This document shows, one piece after another, positions 10,870 through 24,587 of a DNA stretch of 64,000 nucleotides. The notes below the pieces were generated by a model. That model was not told where the DNA came from, ran no database searches, and saw only the letters and a list, made by a program, of their open reading frames with translations. The number at the start of each line of letters is the position of its first letter. Position 1 is the first letter of the stretch. The position numbers and the translations under genes are program-made. The stretch comes from Candidatus Eiseniibacteriota bacterium (GTDB lineage Bacteria; Eisenbacteria; RBG-16-71-46; CAIMUX01; VGJL01), in the NCBI GenBank assembly GCA_963792585.1, contig CAWBWI010000001.1, forward strand, positions 1,632,001 through 1,696,000, given 5' to 3'.

Positions 10870-10875
10870 GCGCGC

Positions 10876-12093
10876 CTAAGGAGCGGGAAGGTCGGGCCCC
10901 GAACCGAACCAGTTGCGTGGCGAGAGGGCGCGGCCCACGGCGGCCAGGGAACGGTAGCGTTCCGGCTCCTCGCGCCGCAATCGCTCGAGGCCGTCCAGCG
11001 CCCATGCCAGCGCGCAGGAGAAGACGAAGGCAAGACCGGTTGCGATCACGCAGATCAGCCAGCGCACCGGGCGCCAGCGTTTCTCGGCCGGAACGGCCGT
11101 GTCGAGGACTTGCACGCTCGGTGTGTCGCGCAGCTCCAGGATCCTGTACTGCTCGAGCTGTTCGCTCAGGATCTCGAAGAGCGACTCCTGGAGCTTCACC
11201 TGCCGCAGGGCGCGCGCATAGGCCGCCGTTCTCGCCGGCAGCTCACGCAGCGGCACCTGATAGGCGGCCGAGTCGGCCCGCTTGCCCCTGTCGAGCTCGT
11301 GAAGCTGTCCCGCGAAGAGATCGACCTCCCGCGCGAGCCGCGCCCGGTCGGGATCGCTCGGTCCCACCTGCGCCCGCATCATCCCCAGCTCGACCTCTCG
11401 GACCCTGCGACTCAGATCCAGCTGGACTGCGGCGTCGACGAGCGAGCGGATCTGCTCCTCGGGCGCGAGGATCCCCGTCTGCTCCTGCACGCGCTGCAGG
11501 GCGCGCTCTGCGGTCGCGAGCGAGTCGCGACAATCCGCCACGCGGCTGTCGAGGAAGGCCCGCACGGCCCCGGCGCTCGTCCGCCGTCGATCTCTCGCGC
11601 GAACGTCCAGCAGGGAGACGAAGTCGTTCGCGATCCGCGCCGCCTTGGCCGGATCCTTGTGGGTGACCGTGATCGCGACCACGCCCTCGTTGCCTACCTT
11701 GATCTTCGCGCAGCCCCGCAGGATCTCCAGCGCTTCGTCCATCGTCCCGACCTTGAACTCGGTCATCAGGTCATGACGGCGGATGATCTCCTCTCGCACG
11801 CTTCGGCTCTTGAGGATGGCCGCGTAGATGTCGGAAGGAGTCGCCAGCAGCGGCAGACTCTGCCGGCCCGGCGCGAGTCCCCCGGCGGCGACCATCGTCG
11901 TGATGCTACGCAAGTTCAGTCCCTCCTCCTCGGGAGGGAAGACGGTGGCCGTCGAGCGGTAAGACTTCGGAAGGATCATCGCCACGATGATCGCGGCGAC
12001 CGCGACGACCATGGTGTTCGTCAGGATCAATCGCCGCCATCGGGCGAGCGAAACGAGTCTACGCAGGATTGGGGGTAGGTTTGCTTCGGTCAT
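10876..12093 (-). CDS. Chain-length determinant (Wzz/GumC, GNVR domain)
   Basis: N-terminal TM + LPKSYRSTA, coiled coil, [16 protein letters not shown] + C-terminal TM. Confidence 0.88.
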   Translation of the reverse strand: MTEANLPPILRRLVSLARWRRLILTNTMVVAVAAIIVAMILPKSYRSTATVFPPEEEGLNLRSITTMVAAGGLAPGRQSLPLLATPSDIYAAILKSRSVREEIIRRHDLMTEFKVGTMDEALEILRGCAKIKVGNEGVVAITVTHKDPAKAARIANDFVSLLDVRARDRRRTSAGAVRAFLDSRVADCRDSLATAERALQRVQEQTGILAPEEQIRSLVDAAVQLDLSRRVREVELGMMRAQVGPSDPDRARLAREVDLFAGQLHELDRGKRADSAAYQVPLRELPARTAAYARALRQVKLQESLFEILSEQLEQYRILELRDTPSVQVLDTAVPAEKRWRPVRWLICVIATGLAFVFSCALAWALDGLERLRREEPERYRSLAAVGRALSPRNWFGSGPDLPAP

Positions 12094-12208
12094 CCGTCCT
12101 TCCTTGCGCTGGCCAGCATATCAAAGCCCCCGTCGCGCGGGTAGACTTGTCCGCCCCTCGCCGATAGACTTGCCCGTCCCCCCCACGAGGGGCGGCAGGG
12201 AGGTCCCC

Positions 12209-12649
12209 ATGCTCAAGATCGGTGATATGGCGCCCGCCTTCGATGCGCTCACCCACACCGGGCGGAGGCTCAAGCTGTCCGACTTCCGCGGGAGGTCGGT
12301 GGTTCTCTGGTTCTACCCCAAGGCAGACACACCCGGCTGAACGGCCGAAGGGCGCGGGTTCCGCGACCTCAGTTCCGAATACGCCAAGCGCGGCGCGGAC
12401 ATCGTCGGGGTGAGCTTCGACACGCAGGAAGAAAACGCCGCCTTCGCAAAGAAGTACGAGTTCCCCTACCCCTTGCTCTGCGACACGACCCGCGAGATCG
12501 GCATGGCATACCACGCCTGCGAGAAACCGGATGACGGCAACGCCAAGCGGATCACCTATGTCATCGGTCCCGATGGCCGGATCAGCCACGCCGTCGAGAA
12601 CGTGAACGCGGCGGAGCACCCCGCGCTCCTGCTGGCGGGGCTGATCTAG
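12209..12649 (+). CDS. bcp: Peroxiredoxin (BCP/PrxQ), predicted selenoprotein (UGA codon 44)
   Basis: [21 protein letters not shown]...GVSFD...[12 protein letters not shown] continuous in one frame across TGA 12338-12340; SD GGGAGG. Confidence 0.88.
12350..12369 (+). promoter_or_regulatory. Candidate bacterial SECIS hairpin
   Basis: GG-CGCGG-GTT-CCGCG-A-CC; G-initiated loop 17 nt after the UGA. Confidence 0.6.
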
Positions 12650-12707
12650 AAAGGCTGAGGCTTTCGGCCGGAGACTCGGCGCGCCGGGTTCGACGGGGAC
12701 CGGGCGC

Positions 12708-13523
12708 CTAGACCACCCGCGCGCTCACGACCGGCACCATCCAGACCGCGTAGCCGAGCGGGTCGCGGATGGTCGTGATCATCTGATTGAAGTAGGCCCG
12801 CGCCTCGTCGGCGGTCAGGCTTGTGTGTTCGGCGATCGGCTCGGCGTAACCGTCGCGCCAGGCCTCGATGATCGCCGCAAAGGTCTCGCGGGGCACGCGC
12901 AGCGTGTCGACGACGATGTAGTCCATCGTGATGTCGGCCAGGCCGAGCCGGGCCAGGATACCGGGCGTGTGGCGGCCGATGTGGAGATCCACACCCGTCG
13001 CCGTCCCGAACTCATGGGGACTCCTGTGCCAGAAGTCGGCCGGATCGAGATCTCCCTCCTCGAAGTGGAGCATCCCGTAGTCCTCGGAGATCAGGTGCAG
13101 GCGCCCGCCGGGACGCGTGACGCGCGCGAGCTCCGCCAGAACGCGGTCCGCGTGCGGGACCGAATGGATCACGTGACGGTTGACGGTCAGATCGAACGAA
13201 TCGTCGGGGATGTCCAGCGCGAAGAGGTCCTTGTGCTCGAAACGTAGGCGCGGACCGATGGGTGCCCCGCGGGCGCGCGCGCGTTCGAGGTGGGAATCGA
13301 TGATGTCGATCCCCAGGACCTGCGAGCGCGGAAAAAGCTCCGCGAGCCGACGCGACGCCTCCCCCGTGCCGCACCCGGCATCGAGGATGTGGATGTCGTC
13401 GGGAAGCCCGTAGCGCCCAATCAGCGGGACTTCCTGCGGCCAGATCGCCTTGGCCTGCGCCTCGAGATTGCGCACCATCGACTCGTCGGCCATCTGCTTC
13501 CCGTGGGGGTTGAGATCGGTCAA
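12708..13523 (-). CDS. Class I SAM-dependent methyltransferase
   Basis: ILDAGCGTG, GIDI, SFDLTV, VTRPGG. Confidence 0.9.
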   Translation of the reverse strand: MTDLNPHGKQMADESMVRNLEAQAKAIWPQEVPLIGRYGLPDDIHILDAGCGTGEASRRLAELFPRSQVLGIDIIDSHLERARARGAPIGPRLRFEHKDLFALDIPDDSFDLTVNRHVIHSVPHADRVLAELARVTRPGGRLHLISEDYGMLHFEEGDLDPADFWHRSPHEFGTATGVDLHIGRHTPGILARLGLADITMDYIVVDTLRVPRETFAAIIEAWRDGYAEPIAEHTSLTADEARAYFNQMITTIRDPLGYAVWMVPVVSARVV

Positions 13524-13652
13524 GGGACTCCTCCTGTGCGGGGCCGTGCATCGTTCCGGTGAACCGGAGACGGTAGCACGACGGTCACTCCGGGTGCGAG
13601 TTCGAGGACGGCATCCGCAGGTTCGGACCCGGGAGGGGTCTCGCCGGGGAGC

Positions 13653-14015
13653 CTACCTCGGCGCTCCGCCCTTCACCCACGCGCCGATCCGCAGGCGATC
13701 CTCATCGGGGATGCGAATCCCGAGACTGTCACCTACGCGGCCGGGCATCGTGCGCTCCGTGAAGACCGACTTGTAGATCGCCTTGCGGTGGCGGCGGACG
13801 TGGTCATACCCCTCGAGGTTCACCCCGTGCGCGTTGGGCCCCTTCAGCGTGTCGGCTTGAGAATGACACCCGAGGCAGGACTGCCGGATGATCGGTTCGA
13901 TGTCGGGCCGCCAGCGGAGCTCGGTGGGGATGACCTGCTCCCGCTCGCAGCCGGCCGCCAGGGCGAGCGTGCAGAGGACACCCGCGGCAAGCGCGCGCCG
14001 GAACCTCAAGTGCAC
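13653..14015 (-). CDS. Small c-type cytochrome lipoprotein
   Basis: Lipobox LAAGC, IEPIIRQSCLGCH heme motif, distal MP, W..GG end. Confidence 0.75.
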   Translation of the reverse strand: MHLRFRRALAAGVLCTLALAAGCEREQVIPTELRWRPDIEPIIRQSCLGCHSQADTLKGPNAHGVNLEGYDHVRRHRKAIYKSVFTERTMPGRVGDSLGIRIPDEDRLRIGAWVKGGAPR

Positions 14016-14833
14016 ACCAATCCGACCGGTCGCGCGAAGAACGGCCGGCCGTGCCGGCGGACCCGGTAGACGAGCTCCAGGAGCGGGCCCCCGCGTTCGA
14101 TCATGAGCTGCACGGCCAGAGGGAGACGCGCGATCGGCCGGAAGCGGCGGAAGCCGTGTCCGCGCATGGCCGCGATCATTTCGCGATTCGTCGACTCGTT
14201 CAGGTGGGTTCCCATCGCGGGAATCCGGTTCGAGTAGGTGTTGTCGATAATCCTCGTGACATCGCTCGGACCGAAGAGCCTGTGCGGCATCAGGAGCACG
14301 AACGCGCCGCCCTCGCGCAGCGCGCGGCGCACGCTGCCCAGGTGCTCGTCGAGATCGCGCGGGGCGACGTGCTCGGTGACGTTCTCCGAGACCACCACGT
14401 CGAAGGGTTCATCCACCTCGAAGGAGACGATGTCGGCCGCGACGAACTCGATGCCCGGCACCGCGCGGGGCAGCATCGCCTCCGACGCGTCGATCCCCAG
14501 CAGGCGACCGTGAGGCAGCCTCTCGGCGATCCCGCGCAGTAGATCGCCACGTCCGCAGCCGATATCCAAGACCGAGCTATTTGTGAAGAGGCCGCGGAGC
14601 CTCCGGATCATCCCCACATGCGTGTTCCGCGCGGGATCGTACGGGGCCTCGGTCTTCCCATAGATCGGGTGGACGGTCGCGTAGACCTCGCGGATGAGCC
14701 TGCGACGGCGGGAGGGATCGGGCTCGGCCAGGACCGCCTCGTGAAACGCGCGCTCGATCTCGAAGGCGCGCACCAATGCCTCGGCCGGAATCCCGATTTC
14801 ACGGGAGAAGGCGGCCAGGCACGGATAGTCCAT
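14006..14833 (-). CDS. Class I SAM-dependent methyltransferase
   Basis: Start MDYPC 14833; VLDIGCGRG, GIDAS, FDVVVS...EH, LREGG. The ORF-track N-terminus is frameshifted atpC. Confidence 0.85.
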   Translation of the reverse strand: MDYPCLAAFSREIGIPAEALVRAFEIERAFHEAVLAEPDPSRRRRLIREVYATVHPIYGKTEAPYDPARNTHVGMIRRLRGLFTNSSVLDIGCGRGDLLRGIAERLPHGRLLGIDASEAMLPRAVPGIEFVAADIVSFEVDEPFDVVVSENVTEHVAPRDLDEHLGSVRRALREGGAFVLLMPHRLFGPSDVTRIIDNTYSNRIPAMGTHLNESTNREMIAAMRGHGFRRFRPIARLPLAVQLMIERGGPLLELVYRVRRHGRPFFARPVGLVCT

Positions 14834-14844
14834 GGCAGGGTCGG

Positions 14845-15256
14845 CTAGTTCCCCGAGGCCGTCGCGACACGGATACGGTTGATCGCTCGAGTGAGCGCGA
14901 TCTCGGCGCGGGCGGAGTCGACCTTGCCCGACATGTCGCGCAGCCGCTCCTCGGCCCGCTCCCGAGCGCGCCGGGCGCGCGCGACGTCGATCGACTCGGG
15001 AGGCTCGAGGGCATCCGCCAGGATCGTCGCCTTGTTGTCGGAGACCTCGAGGAAGCCGCCGGAGATCGCGAAGATCGTCTCCCCATCGACGTCCTTCACC
15101 GTGAGCTTGCCCGGGATGAGCCGCGGTGATCAGCGGCGCGTGGTGCGCCAGGATCCCGAGGTAGCCTTCGCTCCCCGGCGCGATGATCGAGACGACCTCG
15201 GCCTCGAGAAACGACCTCTCGGGGGTCAGAAGGCTCAGGTGGAACGTCTCGGCCAT
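14845..15256 (-). CDS. atpC: ATP synthase F1 epsilon (one +1 indel near 15120)
   Basis: [20 protein letters not shown] then ISGGFLEV...ID..RA..ARERAE. Confidence 0.92.
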
Positions 15257-15265
15257 CGTCTTCCT

Positions 15266-16688
<1,423 letters not shown>

Positions 16689-16704
16689 CGTTTGAACCTT
16701 TCTC

Positions 16705-17569
16705 CTACTTCAACGCTTCCGCGCCGCCGACCAGCTCGGAGATTTCCTTCGTGATTGCCGCCTGACGCAGCTTGTTCCGGATCAACGTCAAGTGCCGAGA
16801 TCATCTCGCCCGCGTTCTTCGTCGCCGCCCCCATCGAGATCAGGCGCGCCGCGTGCTCGCTCGCCAGGGAGTCGGCGAACGCCGTCTGCACGCGGATCTG
16901 CACGTAGCTCGGCAGCAGGGTCGAGAAGATCGCCGCCGCGGACGGCTCGAAGATGTAGTCGCGCGCGGGCGCATGCGCCTGCGCCGCCGTCGCCGGAGCG
17001 ATCGGCAGGAACGTCTCCTGCATGATCTCGCCGCGTGCCCGTCGAGATGAACTTCGTGTAGATGAACTCGACCGAATCGGTTTCGCCGCGCCTGTAGAGG
17101 TCGATCAGCTAGCGGGCGAGCTGCACCGCCCTGGCGAGGTTCACCTGATCGCCCAGCTCGGGGACCCGGTAGCTCCCCTTCCACCCACGCTTGCCGAAGT
17201 AGTCGTTCGCGCGCCTGCCGACCGGGATCAGGTCGATCGTCGAGCGGTCGACCCCCTTGAGGGCCGTTTCCACGTGCCGGAAGACGGTTCGCGTTGAACG
17301 CTCCGCAGAGCCCCTTGTCGGATGCGATCACGACGATCGTGCGGCGGCGCACCTCGCGGACCTCGAAGAGACGGATCGCTCACCTCGCCCGCGGCGGACG
17401 CGAGCTGCTCCAGGACCTCGGTCATCTTGGCCGCGTAGGGCCGGGCGAGCAGGATCCGCTCCTGCGCGCGCCGCAGCTTCGCCGCGGCGACCATCTCCAT
17501 CGCCTTGGTGATCTGCTGGGTCGACTTGACCGAGCGGATCCGGCGCCGGATGTCCTTGATCGTGGCCAT
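16705..17569 (-). CDS. atpG: ATP synthase F1 gamma (several indels and one in-frame TAG)
   Basis: [54 protein letters not shown]. Confidence 0.95.
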
Positions 17570-17572
17570 CGC

Positions 17573-19112
<1,540 letters not shown>

Positions 19113-19184
19113 CCTGCATCTTCCTTCTTTGTGCGCCCGGATTCTGCGCCGACGCGCTCCGAGAGATGTCCCTGGATCGGCATC

Positions 19185-19740
19185 CTAGTGGACGCCTGCG
19201 CCCAGCAGTTCGTCGCGCAGCTTCTGCGAGTCTCGCTGCGGATGCTCCGATCGATGATCTTCCCCTCGATCACCACGAAGAGCCCACCGATGATCCGCGG
19301 ATCGATCCGCGGCCGGATCCGGACCTTCTTGCCGAAGAGCCGCTCCAGCTCGACGCCGGAGCCGTTCGCTCAGATCGGCCGGAAGCGGGACGGCCGTCGT
19401 GACGCGCGCCTCGGCGATCCCCTGGTGCTCCTCCACGAGCCCCCGATAGGCACGCAGCGATGTCGAGGAGGTAGCTGATCCGCTTCTTGCTGAAGCAGAA
19501 GCAGCAGGAAGCGGACGAAGAGGTCGCGTCGTCCTGCCGCTCGAAGAGCTTCCGCACGAGGTCGCGCTTGTGTCTCGTCCAGCTCCCGCGGCGACTCGAG
19601 GAAACGCACGAGACGCGGGTCGGCCGACGTCATCGCCTCGAGCGACTCGAGATCCGCGAGCAGCGGCTCGATCACACCCCCGGCCCGCGCCGCGCCGAAG
19701 AGGGCGTGGGCGTATCGTTCGATACGACGGTGTCGATCAC
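19185..19740 (-). CDS. atpH: ATP synthase F1 delta (indels)
   Basis: RYAHALF, ARVTTAVPL, IEGKIIDRSI; GGAGG SD before GTG 19740; synteny. Confidence 0.88.
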
Positions 19741-19755
19741 CGCACCTCCCCTGCC

Positions 19756-20291
19756 TCACGGCGTCGCTCCTCCGGACTCGGCGGCCTTCACCTTCGTCAG
19801 CTCTTCGATCGTCTCGGCGATGAGGCGGCGGTGGGTCGCGTCGTCGAGCTTCGCGCGGATCACCTTCTCCGCGGCGGCCATGGCCATCGCGACCATGTCC
19901 TCCTTCAGGGCGACCTCCGCCTTGTCCTTCTCGACGTCGATCTCCTCGCGGGCTCGCGTGATCAGCTCGCGGGCCTCGAGGCGGGCGTGCTCGTGGATCT
20001 CGCCGGCGACCTTCCTGGCCCTCGCCGACCGCTTCCTGGATCTTCGCGCGCGCCTGCGCGTCGATCGTCTTGAGCTGCGTCTCGTACTCGGCCTTGAGCG
20101 TCGCGTTCGCGTCGCTTCTCGCGCTCGATCGTGTCGAACTCGCCCGCGATCTTCTCGCGCCGCTCGTCGAGCAGGCCCAGGATCGGCTTCCACGCGAAGC
20201 GGCGCAGCACGAGCACCGCCGCCGTGAAGGCGACGGCGTGCGTCGCGACCTCCCGCCAGTGCGGGGCTAGAACATTGACTTCGCCAGCCAT
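19756..20291 (-). CDS. atpF: ATP synthase Fo subunit b (indels)
   Basis: LRRFAWKPILGLLDERREKI, AAEKVI..LDDATHRRLI. Confidence 0.9.
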
Positions 20292-20319
20292 TCGGTTCCC
20301 CTCTCCCGGGGCTTAGGTG

Positions 20320-20547
20320 TTAGAGCTTTCCCTGGAGAACGAAGACGGTGACCAGCGCGTAGATCGTGAGCGCCTCGATGAAGGCGCAACCGATCACCAT
20401 GCCGACCTGGATCTTGCCCGCCGCCTCCGGCTGGCGACCCATCGCTTCCATCGCGCTACCGACCGCCTTGCCGAGGCCGAGGGCCGAGCCGAAGGCCGCG
20501 AGACCGAGACCGAGCGGCAGAGCCAAATGAAGAAGACTACCCGTCAT
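20320..20547 (-). CDS. atpE: ATP synthase Fo subunit c (intact; H+-type motif)
   Basis: GLG..A..AMGRQPEA...FIEALTIY; lacks the Q/ES Na+ signature. Confidence 0.97.
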   Translation of the reverse strand: MTGSLLHLALPLGLGLAAFGSALGLGKAVGSAMEAMGRQPEAAGKIQVGMVIGCAFIEALTIYALVTVFVLQGKL

Positions 20548-20589
20548 TCCGCGATACCTCCCTTTCGGGGTTATTGAAGCCGCGTACGT

Positions 20590-21653
20590 TCAATGTCCGT
20601 GCTCCTCTTCGTGCGGGAGCATCTGCGAGAAGTAGATGGTCGAGAGAAGCGTGAAGACGAGGGCCTGGATCGTGCTGAGCAGAAGGCCCAGGAAGATGAA
20701 CGGGAACTCGAGCGGGATGCCGATCGGCGAGCCGATCGCCGAGAGCGTGAGCACGCCCAGGCCCGTGAAGACCGCGATCAGGACGTCCTCGCCCATGATG
20801 TTGCCGAAGAGTCGAAGCGAGAGGGAGACCGGCTTCGCCAGCTCGCCGATGATGTGCAGCGGCAGCATGAGCGGCACCAGGCACCAGCCCATCACGTCCG
20901 TCGGCGAGCCGACGAGATGATAGAAGTAGCCCGCCGACCCCGAGCTTGCGGAAGCCCGTGATCTGCACATAGAGGAAGACGACCAGCGCCAAGCGAGAGC
21001 GTCGTCTCGAAGAGGGAGGTCGGCGCCTTGAAGAGCGGGATCAGCCCCGACAGGTTCATGAACCAGATGTAGAGGAAGAGCGTGCCGAGGAAGGGCGCGA
21101 ACTCGCGCGCCGCAGTGTGCCCGAGGATCCCCTTCACGAAGTTGTAGAACGCCTCGACGACGTACTCGATCGCGTTCTGGAACGGGCCCGGAATCATCTC
21201 CCGCTTCGCCGCGCCCGCGCAGCAAGCAGCGTGCTCAGGAGGAGAAGGAGGACGATCGCGAAGAACGGGCCGCGCCAGGCGAAGAGGTAAGTCGCTCCAG
21301 TTGCCCGCCCGCTCCACGGGACCGCCGAAGAAGTGCTTCAGGTATTCGGTCAGGTCGGGCAGCTCGATGGGGGGGCCGGATTCAGCGCCGTGGACTTCGG
21401 ATTCGCCGTGCACCCCGGCGGCGGCGCCGTGCTCTGGGGCGTGGCTGACTTCGGTGGCTTCGGTGCCGTGTGCGGGGGCGGCATGCTCAGAGATCGCATG
21501 CTCGGGGACCGCACTCTCCGATTCGTGTGCCGGGGCCTCCTGTTGCGTGGCCGCATGCTCGGGCGCCGCGTGCTCCTCCGCCGCGAAAGCGGCGGACGTT
21601 TGCCGGCCAACGAGGAGGATCAGGAAGACGAGGAGATAGGTGAGTCGCTTCAT
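20590..21653 (-). CDS. atpB: ATP synthase Fo subunit a with signal peptide and His/Glu/Ala-rich extension (indels)
   Basis: PGPFQNAIE, NLSGLIP, KPVSLSLRLFGNIMGE, IQALVFTLL. Confidence 0.93.
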
Positions 21654-22120
21654 GACCGCCCCACCTTCCCGTGACCCGGGCTGTTGCGCAAGAGCGGACC
21701 GCCTGCGCCGTGGCGTTCCCGTTGCAAACCCGGGGCCGTGAGAATCAGGCGTCCGAGGATCTTCAGCAGGATGATCGCCAGGAAGAGCGAAAAGCCGGTG
21801 AGCAGGAACCAGGGCTTCAGGTGGGCGACGAAGAGCAGGACGATTCCGATGGCGTAGATTCCGGCGAACTTGAGGACGCCGAAGATCAGCAGAGCCGGCT
21901 TGCGCCGCTGTCCGATCGCCTCGAGCAGAAGCGCATTCAGGAAGTAGAGGTCCAGCATCCCGAGGGCAACGCCCGCGATCCATGCGCCGGCTTTAGGCAG
22001 GCCCGCATAGACGCCGAGGCAGATGAAGACCAGTCCGCCCACCCAGGCGGTCGTGATCATCACGCGGCGGATGAAGTCGGGTCCAAGGTCGAGCCAGCGA
22101 GAAGCTGCGTCCCCTGCCAC
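21650..22120 (-). CDS. atpI: ATP synthase protein I
   Basis: Four TM helices, GGAGGAGG SD before GTG, ATGA overlap with atpB. Confidence 0.75.
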   Translation of the reverse strand: MAGDAASRWLDLGPDFIRRVMITTAWVGGLVFICLGVYAGLPKAGAWIAGVALGMLDLYFLNALLLEAIGQRRKPALLIFGVLKFAGIYAIGIVLLFVAHLKPWFLLTGFSLFLAIILLKILGRLILTAPGLQRERHGAGGPLLRNSPGHGKVGRS

Positions 22121-22168
22121 CCCAGGTCCTCCTCCGCAGCCCCCACGCTGCGGCAAACGTTTGCCGGT

Positions 22169-22419
22169 CTATTCCTCGAGGTCCTTCTGTGCGCGGCGGA
22201 CGAGCAGAACCGTCTCCCGAACCGCAGCACCAAGCCCGAGGGCCACCCCGAGTGCTTGAAAACCCAGTCCGTGCCCAACCTCCGGTCCGCCAACCTGCCC
22301 AGCCACCATCCGATAGCCGGCGCGACCCCGATCATGAGGGGGATCGTGGCCAGTGGAAGGGCGGCCCGATAGTAATTGTACGAACCCTTCCTACCGCTGC
22401 CCTTCCGGTTGTCCGGCAC
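22169..22419 (-). CDS. AtpZ/AtpI-family (ATPase gene 1) protein (one indel near 22255)
   Basis: IGWWLGRLADRRLGTDW..(KALGVALGLGAAVRETV); first gene of the atp operon. Confidence 0.8.
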
Positions 22420-22500
22420 GCTCCACCTGCTTTGTGCCCGGGGGTCCGAGTAGGAGGTCTGACGGCATCCGCGGCTGCCGGTAGCAGCCCCGAACGGCGC

Positions 22501-22530
22501 AGTATGCCGTGGGGGTAGAAGAGGTGTCAA
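22501..22530 (-). promoter_or_regulatory. Sigma70-type promoter of the atp operon
   Basis: TTGACA-N18-CATACT. Confidence 0.65.
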
Positions 22531-22784
22531 TAGACAAGTTCAGAAAAGCACAAGCGGGTCCTCGGAGCTGGGCAAGGGTAGCCGTCCGGAGGATTGGATC
22601 TTAGGTCACGTCCGTCCAGGGGCCTCCAGCGGACCAGCGCATGCTGAATGGCGCTCCTTCCAGGGCCGCAAGCGCCGCCGGCATCAGGAATCCACGGATC
22701 CGGGAGACCGCGTCGGGGTCGATTGCGGAAGACCCCCGTGCGGGGACGGGTGAGGGCAGGGTAGGTGCGGTCCCGTGATGAGCA

Positions 22785-24587
22785 CTAATGAAGCATCAGC
22801 AACTTCACCTGGTCGCAGTTTCCCGTCGACGTCCATCGAGCCAGGTAAACACCGGCTGGAACGAGTCCCCCCGCCGCGTCGCGTCCATCCCAGATCACCG
22901 TCTGCTCCCCGGGCAAGGCCGTTCCGGTCAGGAGAACTCGCACGAGGCGTCCACCGGCATCGTAGACCGCGAGCGTTGCCGGGCCGGATGTCGTGACCCG
23001 ATAGCGCAAGGTCGTCTGGCGCCCGAAGGGATTTGGTTGTGAGGCGAGCAGTCGGCTCTGGCCGATGGCAGCACTTCCATCGGTCGAGGATGTTGCGAAT
23101 CCGACGACGGCCGCATAGGCGTCGATCGTTCCCCAACCGTAAGAATTATCTTCACCGAGGGAACCACCATCCCGAGCGGTCTCCATGAGGATCTGCTTGA
23201 CCGTGTCGACCTCGACATCGGGGTCGGCCGCGCGGATCAGCGCGACGACTCCGGCCGCGTGCGCGCTGGCCATCGCGGACCCGCTCCAGATCTGATACGT
23301 CCCGCCGGGGTAGCTGGAGTAGATGTCCACACCGGGCGCCACCACCTCGGGTTTGATCTTGAGAGGATCTGGGACACTGCAACCGCTTGGTCCACGACTC
23401 GAGAAGGAAGTGACCGGATAGGGGAAATCGGAGTGCGCGGCGTCAACGGCTCCCACGGAGAAACCGTTGTACACCGTGGTCGCTCGGTCAGCGGGCGAGC
23501 GAATCGTCCCAGGAGCGGGCCCGTCTCCCCCCGCGGTCCAGACGATGACGATTCCGGCTGCCTCGCAATTGTCGATCGCCGACCACCAACGATTGTCACA
23601 GTCCGGGTATCCCAGGTACTCGTTCACGCCCCACGCGTTCAGGACCACGTCCGGCACGTCGTCGACGGTGTTCGGATTGCCATCGGGATCGGCGAACCAC
23701 TGGAGGCAATCGAGAACGTCAAAGTTGAACTCGGATCCCACACCCTGGCGGATCGCGTTGGCCGCGATCCACTGAGCGCCCCACGCAACGCCGATGGTGT
23801 CACCGGTTGCCGCCCCCAGGCCTGCGAGGGTGCCCGCGACATGGGTGCCATGGCCGGAGGCATCATCGATCGGGTAGCTGGTGTGAAGGTCGACGACGTC
23901 GTGCCAGCACTCCTGCCATGGGTGGCCATTGTTCCCACGCCATCGACTGCTCAGGGCGGGGTGGCTTCCGTCTACCCCCGTGTCCAGCACTCCGATGAGC
24001 GCGCCGGCGCCAGTGACGCCAAGCTCATGCCAGACCCTCGGGGCGTGGATCGCCCGCAGTCCTCCGGCGACTCCGACTCCGCGGGAGCTGCCGCCGGACC
24101 TGGCGTCCGTCCGCGCTCCAAGGTCCGGGACGGCCCGGGGGGCGGGCTCGACAGAGGCGATGTCGACCCTTCGGGCCAGTTCCTCGATTGCGGCGCGGGT
24201 GGCGCGCACGACGACCAGATTCGTGATCCAGAGGGCCGTGTACGTCGAGACCTCTCCGAGTTCGGAGCGGCGCTTCAGCTCATGAAGAAACGGAGCCTGG
24301 CTGCTTCGAGCCTCCGCCTGCAGTGCCTCGATCACGCGGTGATGCCGCTCTCTACGGGTTGCACGGGCAAGCGTGAGCGCGGCGCTCAAAGAGGGGATGT
24401 CGGCCTGCCGTTCGAGAACGAAGAGGACGGTGGTCGCCTCCGTCGGGGAGAGCTTCGAGATCTCCTCCTGCACCGCCGGGTGGATCTCCCCTGCCTGGAC
24501 GGTCACGGGGAATGCGTATGCGACGCAAAGCAAGGCGATCCCTACCAGGATCGGGAGTCTGGATGGCAAACCACTCGTATCACGCAT
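22785..24587 (-). CDS. Subtilisin-like S8 family protein with FlgD-Ig C-terminal domain; catalytic Ser apparently replaced
   Basis: Signal peptide, prodomain, LDTGVD, HGTHVAG, FSSRGP, KPEVVAPG, but GSAMASAH; PNPF...WDGRD...GVY tail. Confidence 0.88.
   Translation of the reverse strand: MRDTSGLPSRLPILVGIALLCVAYAFPVTVQAGEIHPAVQEEISKLSPTEATTVLFVLERQADIPSLSAALTLARATRRERHHRVIEALQAEARSSQAPFLHELKRRSELGEVSTYTALWITNLVVVRATRAAIEELARRVDIASVEPAPRAVPDLGARTDARSGGSSRGVGVAGGLRAIHAPRVWHELGVTGAGALIGVLDTGVDGSHPALSSRWRGNNGHPWQECWHDVVDLHTSYPIDDASGHGTHVAGTLAGLGAATGDTIGVAWGAQWIAANAIRQGVGSEFNFDVLDCLQWFADPDGNPNTVDDVPDVVLNAWGVNEYLGYPDCDNRWWSAIDNCEAAGIVIVWTAGGDGPAPGTIRSPADRATTVYNGFSVGAVDAAHSDFPYPVTSFSSRGPSGCSVPDPLKIKPEVVAPGVDIYSSYPGGTYQIWSGSAMASAHAAGVVALIRAADPDVEVDTVKQILMETARDGGSLGEDNSYGWGTIDAYAAVVGFATSSTDGSAAIGQSRLLASQPNPFGRQTTLRYRVTTSGPATLAVYDAGGRLVRVLLTGTALPGEQTVIWDGRDAAGGLVPAGVYLARWTSTGNCDQVKLLMLH

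Noticed and set aside
14006..15256. Apparent AtpC-methyltransferase fusion in the ORF track
   Set aside because: Produced by the +1 indel near 15120; atpC has its own stop at 14845
17109..17111. In-frame TAG in atpG as pyrrolysine or readthrough
   Set aside because: Lies in the error-dense atp region at a non-conserved position
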